From an uncultured Chloroflexia bacterium (GTDB lineage: Bacteria; Chloroflexota; Anaerolineae; Aggregatilineales; UBA3940): DNA of 64,000 nt. The notes under the pieces were generated by a model. It was not told where the DNA came from and ran no database searches. It saw nothing but the letters and a program-made list of their open reading frames with translations. The DNA lies in the NCBI GenBank assembly GCA_963787375.1, contig CAWBCR010000013.1, positions 101,654 through 165,653 on the forward strand, written 5' to 3'. Numbering within the stretch: the stretch's first letter is position 1; the number at the start of each line of letters is the position of its first letter. Position numbers and translations under genes: made by a program. Positions 9,297 through 19,448 of this stretch are shown in pieces.

Positions 9297-10460
9297 ATGG
9301 TTTATAGAGTTTTTGCTGGCCTGCGGGGTCGCTCGATTGAGCGCATCCTGGCAGTTGCCTCGTTTCTGGCGTTGCTGGCGCTGTTTCTGTCGCCGGCTCC
9401 GAGAGCGTTCTCGGAAGAGCTGCCGCCGCCCGAAAATCCGACCTATATTCAGACGAACGCGGCAGGCACCGATATCAGCCGCGGCGACTGGTACACCGCC
9501 GCTGCCGGCGGCGGCCCGGGTGGCTACCAGTATTATGCCATCTACGTGCCGTGCGGCTGGCCGACCAATAAGCCGGTCGATATTGACCTGTACAGCCCCG
9601 AGATGAACCAGAACGCGCTGGGGCTGGCCGATGAGGATGACAACGGCAACATCAACTGGGCCAACCCGACGGCTGCCAACCAGACGACCTTCGAGCTGTA
9701 CAGCCCGGGCACGACCTTTACATCCTATGCGACGCCCGGCCCCGGCGCTGCCGGCAGCCTGATCCAGACCAACTACCTGCCCAGCACCCAGCCCGAGCAG
9801 TGGGTGCGCTTCTACACCATCGACGTCGCCGCGACCGGCTGCGGACAGTACCTCCTGCGCGTAGCCGCTTCTGATGACGACCAGAACGGCTGGCGGCTGC
9901 GCATCGGCGCCGACGACGACAACAATCCCAACAACACCCCGCCGCCACTGGGCTACGACGACGCCGACAATACACCCGGCACCGGCGACGAACTAATCAT
10001 CGGCATGCTGCAGACGGCCTTCCAGCACGACAACGGCGTGCTGACCTGCCTCGACCTGTACCAGTACGTCACCCCCAGCCAGACGTCGGTGACATTCAAC
10101 AACTTTGACTTCGACTACCCCGGTCTGGGCACCGACACAACAGTGACCTATTACTCTCCAAACGGGAGGGTGATAACGGGCACGGCATCGGGCGGCACGG
10201 CCTGGAACAACGGCAGCAACACCACGCGCGGCGGTGATACCTACACCAGCGCCAATGCTGCCTTCGCCAGCGGCTGGTGGCGCATCCGTAGCTGCGTCAC
10301 GAATCACAACCAGTACATTCAGGAAGGCCAGCTTGCGGTGCCGACCTTCTACAAGCAGCCCCCGACGCCGGCCCTGAAGATCGAGAAGACGAACAAGTCT
10401 GTCACGAGGACCAACGGTCAAGTCGATAAGCTACGACATCACGATCACCAACACCTCTAA
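9297..10460 (+). CDS. Giant surface protein, fragment 1: signal peptide + unknown N-terminal domain + start of a DUF11-type repeat
   Basis: ATG 9297 is preceded by AAGGGG/AAGGAA. Signal peptide MVYRVFAGLRGRSIERILAVASFLALLALFLSPAPRAFS. The frame is lost near 10425, where LKIEKTNKSV...SYDITITNTSNVTYTPGE continues in the next frame. Three more shifts occur near 10648, 10692 and 10780. Confidence 0.7.
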   Translation: MVYRVFAGLRGRSIERILAVASFLALLALFLSPAPRAFSEELPPPENPTYIQTNAAGTDISRGDWYTAAAGGGPGGYQYYAIYVPCGWPTNKPVDIDLYSPEMNQNALGLADEDDNGNINWANPTAANQTTFELYSPGTTFTSYATPGPGAAGSLIQTNYLPSTQPEQWVRFYTIDVAATGCGQYLLRVAASDDDQNGWRLRIGADDDNNPNNTPPPLGYDDADNTPGTGDELIIGMLQTAFQHDNGVLTCLDLYQYVTPSQTSVTFNNFDFDYPGLGTDTTVTYYSPNGRVITGTASGGTAWNNGSNTTRGGDTYTSANAAFASGWWRIRSCVTNHNQYIQEGQLAVPTFYKQPPTPALKIEKTNKSVTRTNGQVDKLRHHDHQHL

Positions 10461-10909
10461 CGTGACTTACACACCCGGGGAGGCCAACAGCGTAGTCATT
10501 CGCGACACTCTGCCGGTCAGGGAGCAACGGCGCAACGCCGTCATCTATAATAGCTGCACGGTCAAGCCGCCCTACACCGGCACGTGCACCTACAATGCCA
10601 ACGGTGGCTCGGATCACTACCTCGACATTACCCTTAACCAGGGCATCGAGCGCGGGCGCGACGGCCATCGTCACCCTCAACGTCACGACGAACTGCTGGC
10701 ACACGCACCTACAACAACAGCGCCTGCGTTACCTACACAGATGAGCTCGGCAACCCTTTCCCTTCAACCTGTACGCCACCTTCACCGTCGATAAGCTCCA
10801 GGCGGGTGATACTGTCTGGCTGGACACGGACGGCGATGGCATTCGCGACGTAGGCGAGGCTGGCTTCCCCAACGTCACGCTGCGGCTGTACAACGTCGGC
10901 CCGGACGGC

Positions 10910-12103
10910 GTGCCGGGCGGCGGCGATGACGTGCTGGCGGGCACCACCACCACCGACGCGAACGGCTACTACCTGTTCAACTACACCATACCCGGCACGT
11001 ACTACGTCGACATCGACACCGCGACGCTGCCCGGCGGCGCGGCCCCGTGGACGGCTTCGCCCGGCACCACCGACCCGTCATCGCCGTTTAACCAGAGCGT
11101 CTACCTCGACGCCGACTTTGGCTACGGGGCCAGCCCATCCACCGCTGTGATCGGCGACCTGGTGTGGAGCGATGCCAACAATAACGGCGTCCGCGATCCC
11201 GGCGAGCCTGGCATCAGCGGCGTGACGCTCAACTTGATAGGCCCCGGCCCCGACGGCCTGCTGGGCACCGGCGATGACGTGGTCGTCGCGACGACCACCA
11301 CCAACGACAGCGGCAACTACTACTTCACCGGTGTCACGCCCGGCGAGTACCGGGTCGACGTGACGGACACCGGCGGCAGGCTGGCCGGCTACACCATCAC
11401 AGCGGGCTCACGCGATCCAACGCCGCCCATCACCGTCAACGCCGGCGACAACTACCTGAACGCTGACTTTGGCTACCGCAACACCGGGTTATACACCATC
11501 ACCGAACGTGTGTGGCTCGATACTAACGGCAACGGTGCGCAGGATGCAGGCGAGGTGGGCATTGCGAACGTCTCGGTTAACCTTGTCATCGCCGGCACAG
11601 ATGGCATCTTTGGCACCGCCGATGACCGTGTGATCGCCACCACAATCTCCGCCTCTAACGGCGATTTCACCTTCACCGGCGTGCGCAATGGCGACTACAG
11701 GATCGTGATCGGGGACCGGCATGGCGTGCTCGACGAGTACACCGGCACGACCGCCGATGCTACCAACAAATACCGCAACGTGACTGTCGCTGGTGCGAAC
11801 ATCACCGGCGTCCATTTTGGCTACCACCGCCGGGCACCATCGGCGATACCGTGTTCAGCGACCCGAACAACAATGGCGTGCAGGACCCCGGCGAGCCGGG
11901 CATCGGCGGCGTGTTTGTTGAGCTGTGGCAGGACACCGGCGACGGCGTCTTCAACAGCACAAACGACACGCGGCTCGGAATCACGCGCACGTGGCAGATG
12001 GCACCTATCTTTTCACCGGGCTCATCACCAGCGCCGGTGGCAACCGCTACTACGTGAGCGTTCTGGACAGCACGACGCTCGGCGGTATCAACAACCGATA
12101 TAA
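10910..12103 (+). CDS. Giant surface protein, fragment 2: SdrD-B/Cna-B-like repeats
   Basis: The frame is open from 10745. Repeats have the form GDxVWxDxNxNGxxDxGExGIxGVTxxL...TTTDxxGxYxFxGxxPGxYxV. The sensible reading leaves this frame near 11825 and passes through ORFs 11851-12057 and 11925-12191. Confidence 0.7.
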   Translation: MPGGGDDVLAGTTTTDANGYYLFNYTIPGTYYVDIDTATLPGGAAPWTASPGTTDPSSPFNQSVYLDADFGYGASPSTAVIGDLVWSDANNNGVRDPGEPGISGVTLNLIGPGPDGLLGTGDDVVVATTTTNDSGNYYFTGVTPGEYRVDVTDTGGRLAGYTITAGSRDPTPPITVNAGDNYLNADFGYRNTGLYTITERVWLDTNGNGAQDAGEVGIANVSVNLVIAGTDGIFGTADDRVIATTISASNGDFTFTGVRNGDYRIVIGDRHGVLDEYTGTTADATNKYRNVTVAGANITGVHFGYHRRAPSAIPCSATRTTMACRTPASRASAACLLSCGRTPATASSTAQTTRGSESRARGRWHLSFHRAHHQRRWQPLLRERSGQHDARRYQQPI

Positions 12104-12254
12104 CCAGGACGGGCTGCTCGGCTTTACGCGGACAACTGCTGACAATGAGACAGGCGTGAATGCCTCGGCACCCAGCGGACGATTGTGCTGACGATGCGTC
12201 GCACGCATCAACCTGACTGCCGACTTCGGCTACCGCAACACCAACCTGGTCAGC

Positions 12255-15200
12255 GTGTCGGGCACGGTGTGGAACGACCTCAACGTCAACGCCTACATCG
12301 ACGGCGGCGAGCCGGACCTCAGCAACGTGACGGTCGACCTGCTGGACGCCAAGGGGCGCGTGGTGGCTACCACCACCACCGACGCCAACGGCAACTACAC
12401 CTTCAGCGGCGTGCCGCGCGGCGGGTACACTGTGACGATCACCGACCGGAACCGCGTGCTGAACGGCTTCGAGCTTACCAGCGGCCTCGACAGCATCCCG
12501 GTGGCAGTGTGGACCAGCAACATCACCGGCGTCAACTTTGGCTACGTGCGCCCGCCATACAATGGCAGCATCGGCGACTTCGTGTGGTTTGACTCGGACC
12601 GCGACGGCGTGCAGGATGCCGGCGAAGGCGGCATCTCCGGAGTCACGCTGAACCTGTACAGCACCGGCACCGACGACATCATCGGCAATGGCGATGACGT
12701 GCTGATCGGCACGACCACGACCGACGCCACCGGCCACTACACCTTCGAGGGGCTTGCCCCCGGCAACTACTACGTCGACCCCGACGAGACCACGCTACCC
12801 AGCGGGCTGGCGGCGACGTTCGGGACCGGCGGCAACAGCGGCATGATCAACCTGAGTGCCAGCGAGACGTACGATAAAGCTGACTTCGGCTATGCGTCGT
12901 CGGGCGGCACCGTCGCCCTGGGCGACCGCGTGTGGTACGACGCCGACGGCAACGGCCTTCAGGACCCTGGCGAGGTGGGCATTGGCGGTGTGACCATCAC
13001 CATCACCGGCCCATCCGGCACGTTCCATGTGACCACCCGCCCTGACGGCTCGTGGCTGCAAACGGGCCTCGCGCCCGGCGACTATACCGTCACGGTAGAT
13101 GCCACGAACTTCTCGAGCGGCGTGCTACAGCCTCCCTATAACGCGACGCCGACCAACGGCCCGGTTTCGCGCACGCTGACTGTCCCACCGGGACAGGACG
13201 TGCTGTATGCCGACTTTGGTTTCAACGGCGGCACCGCCGGCACCATCGGCGACACGGTCTTCCTGGACCCCAACGGCAATGGCGTGCAGAATAGCGGCGA
13301 GCCCGGCCTGGCAGACGTGACGCTCAACCTGATCAACCAGACGACGGGTGCGATCATCGCGTCGACCGTCACCGACTCGGATGGGCACTACAGCTTCGTC
13401 GGCGTGCCCGCCGGAACGTACACCGTCCAGGTTACCGACATCAACGGTAAACTGGCCGGGCTGGTCAACTCAACCGTTAACCCCATCACCTCGATTGTGC
13501 TGGCCAGCGGCGCGACGTACAACGACGCCGACTTCGGCTACGTGCCGACCGCCGGCTCCATCGGTGACCTGGTGTGGAACGACATCAACGGCGACGGCGT
13601 GCACGACGCGGGCGAGCCCGGCATCCAGGGCGTCGAAGTCGACCTGTACTTTGACGTAAACGGCGACGGGCTGCTCGACCCCGGTGTGGACAACCTGATC
13701 CGCACCACATACACGGACGTCAACGGCCAGTACGGGTTCGAGGGCCTGCCGGTTGGCTCCTTCCTGGTGGACGTGGTCGAAACCAGCTCTGCGCTGACCG
13801 GCTTCTCAAAGACAACGGGCCCCAATCCGGGCACCAACGACAACAGCCAGTCTGACCCATACGTAGTGGTGCTGACCACTTCTACGTCAATCCGGAACGA
13901 TACGGCAGACTTTGGCTTCCAGGCGACCGGCACCGCCTACTCGATCACCGGCATCACGTTTGAGGACGTGAACAACAACGGTGCCTTCAACAGCGGCACC
14001 GACAAGCCCACCAGTAGCGTCCTGCTGTACCTGTATCGCGATCTGGATGGCGACGGTGTTCTGGACCCCGGCGAGCCGCTCATCGACCAGACTGTTTCGG
14101 GCAGCACCGGGACTGCCGGAGCCTACACCTTCGACGGTCTGCCGAACGGGCACTATATCGTGCAGGCGGACGCCTCGCACTCGATCCTGAATGGCTTCCA
14201 GCAGACGACGCAGACGACTTCGGGTGGTGTGCAGCCGGTGTTTATCAACAACGCCGACTCGGCCAACAACAACCTTGGCTTCTATGCCCCCGGCGGCGCG
14301 CAGACGACGCCCGTCACGCTGTCCTACTTCCACGCCTTCGATCAGGGTGAGACACTGCGTTTCGACTGGTCGACGTCGCTGGAGATTGGCAACGTCGGCT
14401 TCAACCTGTTCGCCAAGGTCGGCGGCGACCTGCGCCCGATCAACGACACGCTGATCGCCTCGCAGGCGGTCGACTCGACCGAGCGGCTGGATTATACCTA
14501 CACGGCCACCGGTGTTGAGGGCAGCACCTTCTACATCCAGGACGTCGACGTGCTGGGCCAGCCACAGATGCATGGACCGTTCGCGCTGGGCCAGGCCAGC
14601 GGCCAGCGTATCGCCCCCGACCCCATCGACTGGGCCAGCATCCAGGCCGAAAACGACAGCCTGGCCGCGCAGCGGCTGGCTGCCGAACGCGCCGCCGCTG
14701 AGGCTCAGGTCGCGCAGGCGCAGCTAAGCGACGGGCACGGGTTTGCCCGCGTGCGCCGCTCAGTTGCAACGGCGCTGGAATGGGTCGGTGGCCTGTTCAA
14801 CGGGAAGCAGGCGGCTGCCGACAGCGGCTACCCGGTCTTCAACCTGACGCTCGACCATACCGGCCTGTATCGCGTCACCTACGAGCAGCTTGCCGCCGCC
14901 GGGCTTGACCTGGACGGCGTGGCCGCCGCGGACATCGCGCTGACGTCTCAGGGCGCAAGCGTGCCCGTCCGCGTGGTGGGCGATCCGTTCGGGCCGGGCA
15001 GCTTCATCGAGTTCTACGGCGAGGCACTCGACACACTCTACACGCACACCAACGTGTACGCGCTGCACGTGGACCACAGCCTGGTGAGCCAGGTGGCGGT
15101 CGACAACACGCCGGTCGATGCAGGCGCGCCGGTTGCCAGCTACTACATGGCGCAGGCCACCTACGGCTCGGACAAGGCGTACTCCTTCAGCTCGCCAAAC

Positions 15201-17639
15201 GGCGACCCGTGGTATGACACGTCGATGCTGGCGCGCACGTCATCCAAGTCGTGGAACTACACCATCGCCGTTGATAACTACGCGGCCAGCGCAGCCCCCG
15301 CTACGTTGGACGTGCAGATGTGGGGCAGCACCGACTGGCCGCAGTCACCCGACCACCGCGTCGTGGTCGGCTTCAATGGCACGAACATCGCCGATCTGAC
15401 CGTCAACGGTATCGTCAACATCCCGGTGACGGCCAATCTACCGGATGGCACGCTGCAATCGGGCAACAACACGCTCAAGGTGACGCTGCCCGGCGATACT
15501 GGCGTGGCATACGACCTGGTAATGTTCGACAAGGCGACGGTGACCTATCCGCGCGGCTTTGTCGCCAAGAACGGCGCGCTGACCTTTGACGGGTCGGCGC
15601 AGGCTTTCCGAGTGACGAACCTGCCCTCGCCTAACGTGACCGTGTACCGCATCGACTCCGACGGCAGCCAGACGCTGCTGGCGGCCAGTGTCGATGGCAG
15701 CGGCGGCTCGTACAGCGCCACCTTCGCCGGCACGTCACATAACGCAACCTACATCGTGACGGCGGACAGCGCTGTGCGCACGCCCGACGTCGTACCCGGC
15801 AGCCAGCCGGTCGACCTGCTTGGCGGCAAGACCGACTTCCTGATCATCGCGCATCCCAACTTCATCGACGGCATCCAGACGCTGGCGCAGGTACGCGCGG
15901 CGCAGGGCCTCAAGGTGCGGGTGGTCAGCGTCGACGACGTGTACGCGCAGTACAGCGGCGGTGTGTTCGACCCGCAGGCCATCCGCGACTACATCAAGGA
16001 CGCGGTGAAGCAGGACGGTGTCAAATACGTGCTGCTGGTCGGCGGTGACACGTACGACTATCTGCACAACACCAGTGCCAGCGCGATCAGCTTTATCCCG
16101 ACTCTGTACGCGCCCACCGACGACCTAGGCATCGTGCAGTATGCGCCGGTCGACCCGCTGTACGCGGACGTGAACGGCGACAACGTACCGGACGTGGCGC
16201 TGGGGCGCTTCCCGGTGCGCACGAACGCCGAGCTTGACAGCATGATCGCCAAGACGCTGGCCTATGAAACCAACGACTACGGGCAGACGGCGGTCTTCGC
16301 CGCCGATATCTACGACGGCTCTGGCGACCAGCCGCTCAACTTCAGCGCTGACAGCGATGCGCTGATCTCGCAGCTTGGCGATGGTTGGTCGGTACAGCGC
16401 GCCTACCTGGACAACAGCAGCGTTGCAGCGGCGCAGGCCACCCTCGTTGATGCGATCAACAACGGCGTGGCGCTGACCAGCTTCATCGGCCACTCGTCGT
16501 ATGACCGCTGGACCTTCAGCGGGCTGTTCAGCATGAACCAGGCGACCGCGCTCACCAATGCGGGGAGCCCGACCATCATCAGCCAGTGGGGCTGCTGGAA
16601 TACCTACTTCGTCTCACCGACGGCCAACACGCTGGGCCACGCCTTCCTGCTCTCCGGCGACCGGGGCGCAGCAGCGGTGATGGGCTCATCGACGCTGACC
16701 GAGGACGCATCGGAGACGGCCCTCGGCCACATCCTGAACCCGTACCTCGTCCAGCCGGGCATGCGCATCGGCGACGCCATTACGCAGGCCAAGGCCGACC
16801 TGGCGGTAACCGACCCGTCGCTGCGCGATGTCTATCTTGGATGGACGCTGCTTGGCGACCCAACGCTGACCGTCGTGCGCGACCCGCACGCCAGCATGGC
16901 CCCGGTGGTCGATGCCGGCGCGAACGTCAGCACCAACATGGGCGACGAAGTGGGCTTCTCCGGTACCGTGCTTGACCTCGACCCTGGCGACAGCACCAGC
17001 GCCGCCTGGGACTTCGGCGACGGCACGACCGGCGGCGACACACTGACCCCAACCCACGTCTACACCTGGCCGGGCGTCTACACCGTCACGTTGACGGCAA
17101 CTGACAGCACCGACAAGACCGGCAGCGACACGCTGACTGTCACCGTGGGCGCGAACGGGGCCACCGTTGCGACCATCCAGCCTAACCCCGGCCTGTCTGC
17201 CGGCGAGGTCATGGTCTATCAGAATGGCTGGGAGACGCTCGACGGCAGCGTGGACGGCGCGGGCCGCCTCGCGGTGCAGCTCGACGCACTCCCGGATGAC
17301 ACGCCGCTGACGGCCCTCTACACCGTCACGCCTGCCCAGGACCTGGCGCTGTGCGGCCCGGCGGGACAGTGCGCCATCACACTGAACGGCGCGCCGGTCG
17401 ACACGACCCGCACCACGGCGGACGATGGCAGCATCGTCTACACGGCGGATAACACGCTGGCGGCAGGCACCGCCACGCTGATCGGGCTGGGGCTTGACCC
17501 CACCGCAGGCGGCGCAGGCGTCGATACGGCGCTCGAACTCCAACACCAACGTGCAGGTCTCGGCGCAGGGCGACATCGCGCAGGTGCTGTCCATGCCCGA
17601 CGGCGACGCGCAGCCGACCGGGATCGTCACCGCGGGTGA
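12255..17639 (+). CDS. Giant surface protein, fragment 3: SdrD-B-like repeats + peptidase C25 (gingipain-like) module with propeptide-like region + PKD domain
   Basis: 1794 aa. About 9 SdrD-B-like repeats come first. The C25-type module runs from GYPVFNLTLDHTGLYRVTYEQLAAAGLDL to LGDPTLTV (14826-16873), with candidate catalytic His (FIGHSSYDRW) and Cys (ISQWGCWNTYF). A PKD domain follows (WDFGDGTTGGDTLTPTHVYTWPGVYTVTLTATD). Confidence 0.8.
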   Translation: MSGTVWNDLNVNAYIDGGEPDLSNVTVDLLDAKGRVVATTTTDANGNYTFSGVPRGGYTVTITDRNRVLNGFELTSGLDSIPVAVWTSNITGVNFGYVRPPYNGSIGDFVWFDSDRDGVQDAGEGGISGVTLNLYSTGTDDIIGNGDDVLIGTTTTDATGHYTFEGLAPGNYYVDPDETTLPSGLAATFGTGGNSGMINLSASETYDKADFGYASSGGTVALGDRVWYDADGNGLQDPGEVGIGGVTITITGPSGTFHVTTRPDGSWLQTGLAPGDYTVTVDATNFSSGVLQPPYNATPTNGPVSRTLTVPPGQDVLYADFGFNGGTAGTIGDTVFLDPNGNGVQNSGEPGLADVTLNLINQTTGAIIASTVTDSDGHYSFVGVPAGTYTVQVTDINGKLAGLVNSTVNPITSIVLASGATYNDADFGYVPTAGSIGDLVWNDINGDGVHDAGEPGIQGVEVDLYFDVNGDGLLDPGVDNLIRTTYTDVNGQYGFEGLPVGSFLVDVVETSSALTGFSKTTGPNPGTNDNSQSDPYVVVLTTSTSIRNDTADFGFQATGTAYSITGITFEDVNNNGAFNSGTDKPTSSVLLYLYRDLDGDGVLDPGEPLIDQTVSGSTGTAGAYTFDGLPNGHYIVQADASHSILNGFQQTTQTTSGGVQPVFINNADSANNNLGFYAPGGAQTTPVTLSYFHAFDQGETLRFDWSTSLEIGNVGFNLFAKVGGDLRPINDTLIASQAVDSTERLDYTYTATGVEGSTFYIQDVDVLGQPQMHGPFALGQASGQRIAPDPIDWASIQAENDSLAAQRLAAERAAAEAQVAQAQLSDGHGFARVRRSVATALEWVGGLFNGKQAAADSGYPVFNLTLDHTGLYRVTYEQLAAAGLDLDGVAAADIALTSQGASVPVRVVGDPFGPGSFIEFYGEALDTLYTHTNVYALHVDHSLVSQVAVDNTPVDAGAPVASYYMAQATYGSDKAYSFSSPNGDPWYDTSMLARTSSKSWNYTIAVDNYAASAAPATLDVQMWGSTDWPQSPDHRVVVGFNGTNIADLTVNGIVNIPVTANLPDGTLQSGNNTLKVTLPGDTGVAYDLVMFDKATVTYPRGFVAKNGALTFDGSAQAFRVTNLPSPNVTVYRIDSDGSQTLLAASVDGSGGSYSATFAGTSHNATYIVTADSAVRTPDVVPGSQPVDLLGGKTDFLIIAHPNFIDGIQTLAQVRAAQGLKVRVVSVDDVYAQYSGGVFDPQAIRDYIKDAVKQDGVKYVLLVGGDTYDYLHNTSASAISFIPTLYAPTDDLGIVQYAPVDPLYADVNGDNVPDVALGRFPVRTNAELDSMIAKTLAYETNDYGQTAVFAADIYDGSGDQPLNFSADSDALISQLGDGWSVQRAYLDNSSVAAAQATLVDAINNGVALTSFIGHSSYDRWTFSGLFSMNQATALTNAGSPTIISQWGCWNTYFVSPTANTLGHAFLLSGDRGAAAVMGSSTLTEDASETALGHILNPYLVQPGMRIGDAITQAKADLAVTDPSLRDVYLGWTLLGDPTLTVVRDPHASMAPVVDAGANVSTNMGDEVGFSGTVLDLDPGDSTSAAWDFGDGTTGGDTLTPTHVYTWPGVYTVTLTATDSTDKTGSDTLTVTVGANGATVATIQPNPGLSAGEVMVYQNGWETLDGSVDGAGRLAVQLDALPDDTPLTALYTVTPAQDLALCGPAGQCAITLNGAPVDTTRTTADDGSIVYTADNTLAAGTATLIGLGLDPTAGGAGVDTALELQHQRAGLGAGRHRAGAVHARRRRAADRDRHRG

Positions 17640-18762
17640 TACCGGCGGCGACGCGACAGCCAGCTTCACGCTCGACAGCACGACGCAGGATGCGCTGTGC
17701 GTGGCCGCCAACGGCTGCTCGATCTTCGCTGGCGACGCCGAGACGCCGCTGGCGACCACCTACACGGCGCAGGACGATGGCAGCGCGCAGTACAGCGCAG
17801 CCCTGACCTTCGAGCCGTACGAGACGAAAGTGCTCACGCTGCGGCCCTACAGCGACACAACTCCGCCGGTCGTCAACTCGTTCGACGTGACGCCGCTCAC
17901 CGTCATGGGTGGGCAGGACGTGACCATCAGCGCCAGCCTGCACGATGACGGCGCGCTGGCCAGCGTCATCGCAACAGTCGACTTCGACGGCACGCAGACA
18001 CCCATCACGCTGACGCCGGTCGACGGGCAGCCGGGCAGCTTCCAGGCGACCTGGACCGCGCCCGATGGCGGCAACGGTGCCTTCAGCATGACGCTCGAAG
18101 CGCAGGACGCGACCGGCAATACTGCGACCAGCGATCCGATCAGCGGCGTGGTCGACAGCGAACCGCCGGCGCTCACCGGGCTGGTGGTCGACGCTGCGAA
18201 CTTCGACGGCGATGTGCCGCTCACCGCGCCGGGCGACTGCCTGACCTATCACGTGACCGCCGAGGACACGCTCAGCGGCGTGGCAGCGGTCACTCTGACC
18301 ATCACCGGGCCGGATGGGTCGACCAGCGACGTGGCGCTGACCTACGACGAAACCGCCGCAGAGTATAGCGGCCAGGTCTGCACCACCGCCGAAAGCCCGA
18401 CCGGCGACTACACCGCAGCCGTCCAGATCGCCGACGCGGCGGGCAATACCGCCAGCGCCGACGGCGGGACGTTCAAGCTGCTGACGCCACTGAGCGTCAC
18501 GCTGGGGCCGGACCAGTCGGCGGGCGTGGGCGAAGACGTGGCATTCAGCGCGACCATCGACAACGCCGACCCGAACGAGACGTACACCATCAACTGGGAC
18601 TTCGGTGACGGCGGCACAGCGGACGGCTCGCTCGACGCGACGCACGCCTACGCCGATGCCGGCAGCTACACGGTGACCGTCAGCGTGACGGACTCGCATG
18701 GCGGCAGCGGATCGGCCACGCAGACCGTAACCGTAGCCGACGCGCCCGCCGATCAGCCTTGA
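17494..18762 (+). CDS. Giant surface protein, fragment 4: Ig-like domains + PKD domain
   Basis: It continues fragment 3 after a shift near 17520. It contains beta-rich Ig-like modules (TPPVVNSFDVTPLTVMGGQDVTISASLHDDG...) and a PKD domain (INWDFGDGGTADGSLDATHAYADAGSYTVTVSVTDSHGG). Confidence 0.7.
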   Translation: MTPPQAAQASIRRSNSNTNVQVSAQGDIAQVLSMPDGDAQPTGIVTAGDTGGDATASFTLDSTTQDALCVAANGCSIFAGDAETPLATTYTAQDDGSAQYSAALTFEPYETKVLTLRPYSDTTPPVVNSFDVTPLTVMGGQDVTISASLHDDGALASVIATVDFDGTQTPITLTPVDGQPGSFQATWTAPDGGNGAFSMTLEAQDATGNTATSDPISGVVDSEPPALTGLVVDAANFDGDVPLTAPGDCLTYHVTAEDTLSGVAAVTLTITGPDGSTSDVALTYDETAAEYSGQVCTTAESPTGDYTAAVQIADAAGNTASADGGTFKLLTPLSVTLGPDQSAGVGEDVAFSATIDNADPNETYTINWDFGDGGTADGSLDATHAYADAGSYTVTVSVTDSHGGSGSATQTVTVADAPADQP

Positions 18763-19021
18763 GCGTCACGCTGGGGCCGGACCAGTCGGCGGGCGTGGGC
18801 GATGACGTGGCGTTCAGCGCGGCCATCGACAACGCCGACCCGAACGAGACGTACACCATCAACTGGGACTTCGGTGACGGCGGCACAGCGGACGGCTCGC
18901 TCGACGCGACGCACGCCTACGCCGATGTCGGCAGCTACACGGTGACCGTCAGCGTGACGGACTCGCATGGCGGCACCGGCTCGGCCACACAGACCGTAAC
19001 CGTAGCCGACGCGCCCGCCGA
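18491..19021 (+). repeat. Near-identical tandem duplication (period 269 bp) encoding two PKD domains
   Basis: 18491-18752 and 18760-19021 align base for base with only a handful of substitutions (for example gaagac/gatgac, gcattc/gcgttc, gcgacc/gcggcc, gatgcc/gatgtc, agcgga/accggc). Confidence 0.85.
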
Positions 19022-19355
19022 ACCGCAGACAGTCACCATCACCGTGAAGGGTGGCAAGGTCACGCTGAACCAGCGGAACGGCCAGACGACCGTCCAGATT
19101 GGCAACAGGAGCTTTGACGGCTCGCAGATCGACATAAGCACCGTGCGCTTCGGCGTGGCCGGCACGGAGGCCAGCGGAACGCAGTCCGGCAAGATCAAGA
19201 AGGGCACCCTGACGCTGGTCTTCTCGACCGCCGACCTGGGCATCACGCCTGAAGTGGTCAGCGGCGGCAGGGTGACGCTGGTGATGATCGGCAACCTGAA
19301 GGACGGCACGCCGTTCGTGGGTACCACCGAGGTCAAGGTCATGGGCCTCAGGTAG
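18759..19355 (+). CDS. Giant surface protein, fragment 5: second PKD copy + C-terminal domain
   Basis: It begins at the junction of a 269-bp tandem repeat, which is not a multiple of 3. Its PKD domain is near-identical to the one in fragment 4. It ends ...TTEVKVMGLR, followed by a strong terminator. Confidence 0.7.
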   Translation: MSVTLGPDQSAGVGDDVAFSAAIDNADPNETYTINWDFGDGGTADGSLDATHAYADVGSYTVTVSVTDSHGGTGSATQTVTVADAPAEPQTVTITVKGGKVTLNQRNGQTTVQIGNRSFDGSQIDISTVRFGVAGTEASGTQSGKIKKGTLTLVFSTADLGITPEVVSGGRVTLVMIGNLKDGTPFVGTTEVKVMGLR

Positions 19356-19386
19356 CGCCGGGCTCATCTCCCCGGCAGGAATCGCA

Positions 19387-19424
19387 CCGGCCACGCCTTG
19401 AGAGGGGCGTGGCCGGTTTCTTAT
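19387..19424 (+). terminator. Rho-independent terminator shared by two convergent genes
   Basis: CCGGCCACGCC (19387-19397) pairs with GGCGTGGCCGG (19406-19416) around an 8-nt loop, followed by TTTCTTATT. It lies between the stop at 19355 (+) and the stop at 19449 (-). Confidence 0.8.
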
Positions 19425-19448
19425 TGGCAGATCCGCCGGGGTAGGGCG

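Noticed and set aside
16686-18699. Minus-strand ORFs 16686-17759 and 17377-18699 inside the giant gene
   Set aside because: They lie opposite clear PKD/Ig-like coding sequence, and their products are low-complexity Arg/Ala/Gly/Val strings.
9297-19355. Programmed ribosomal frameshifting, or a CRISPR/DGR-type explanation for the repeats and frame breaks in the giant gene
   Set aside because: I saw no recurring slippery-heptamer-plus-structure signal at the breaks I examined. The indel sites I could resolve elsewhere in the window lie at short homopolymer runs, which points to assembly errors. The repeats are protein-domain repeats of about 100 codons without spacer architecture. No reverse transcriptase or cas gene is present.
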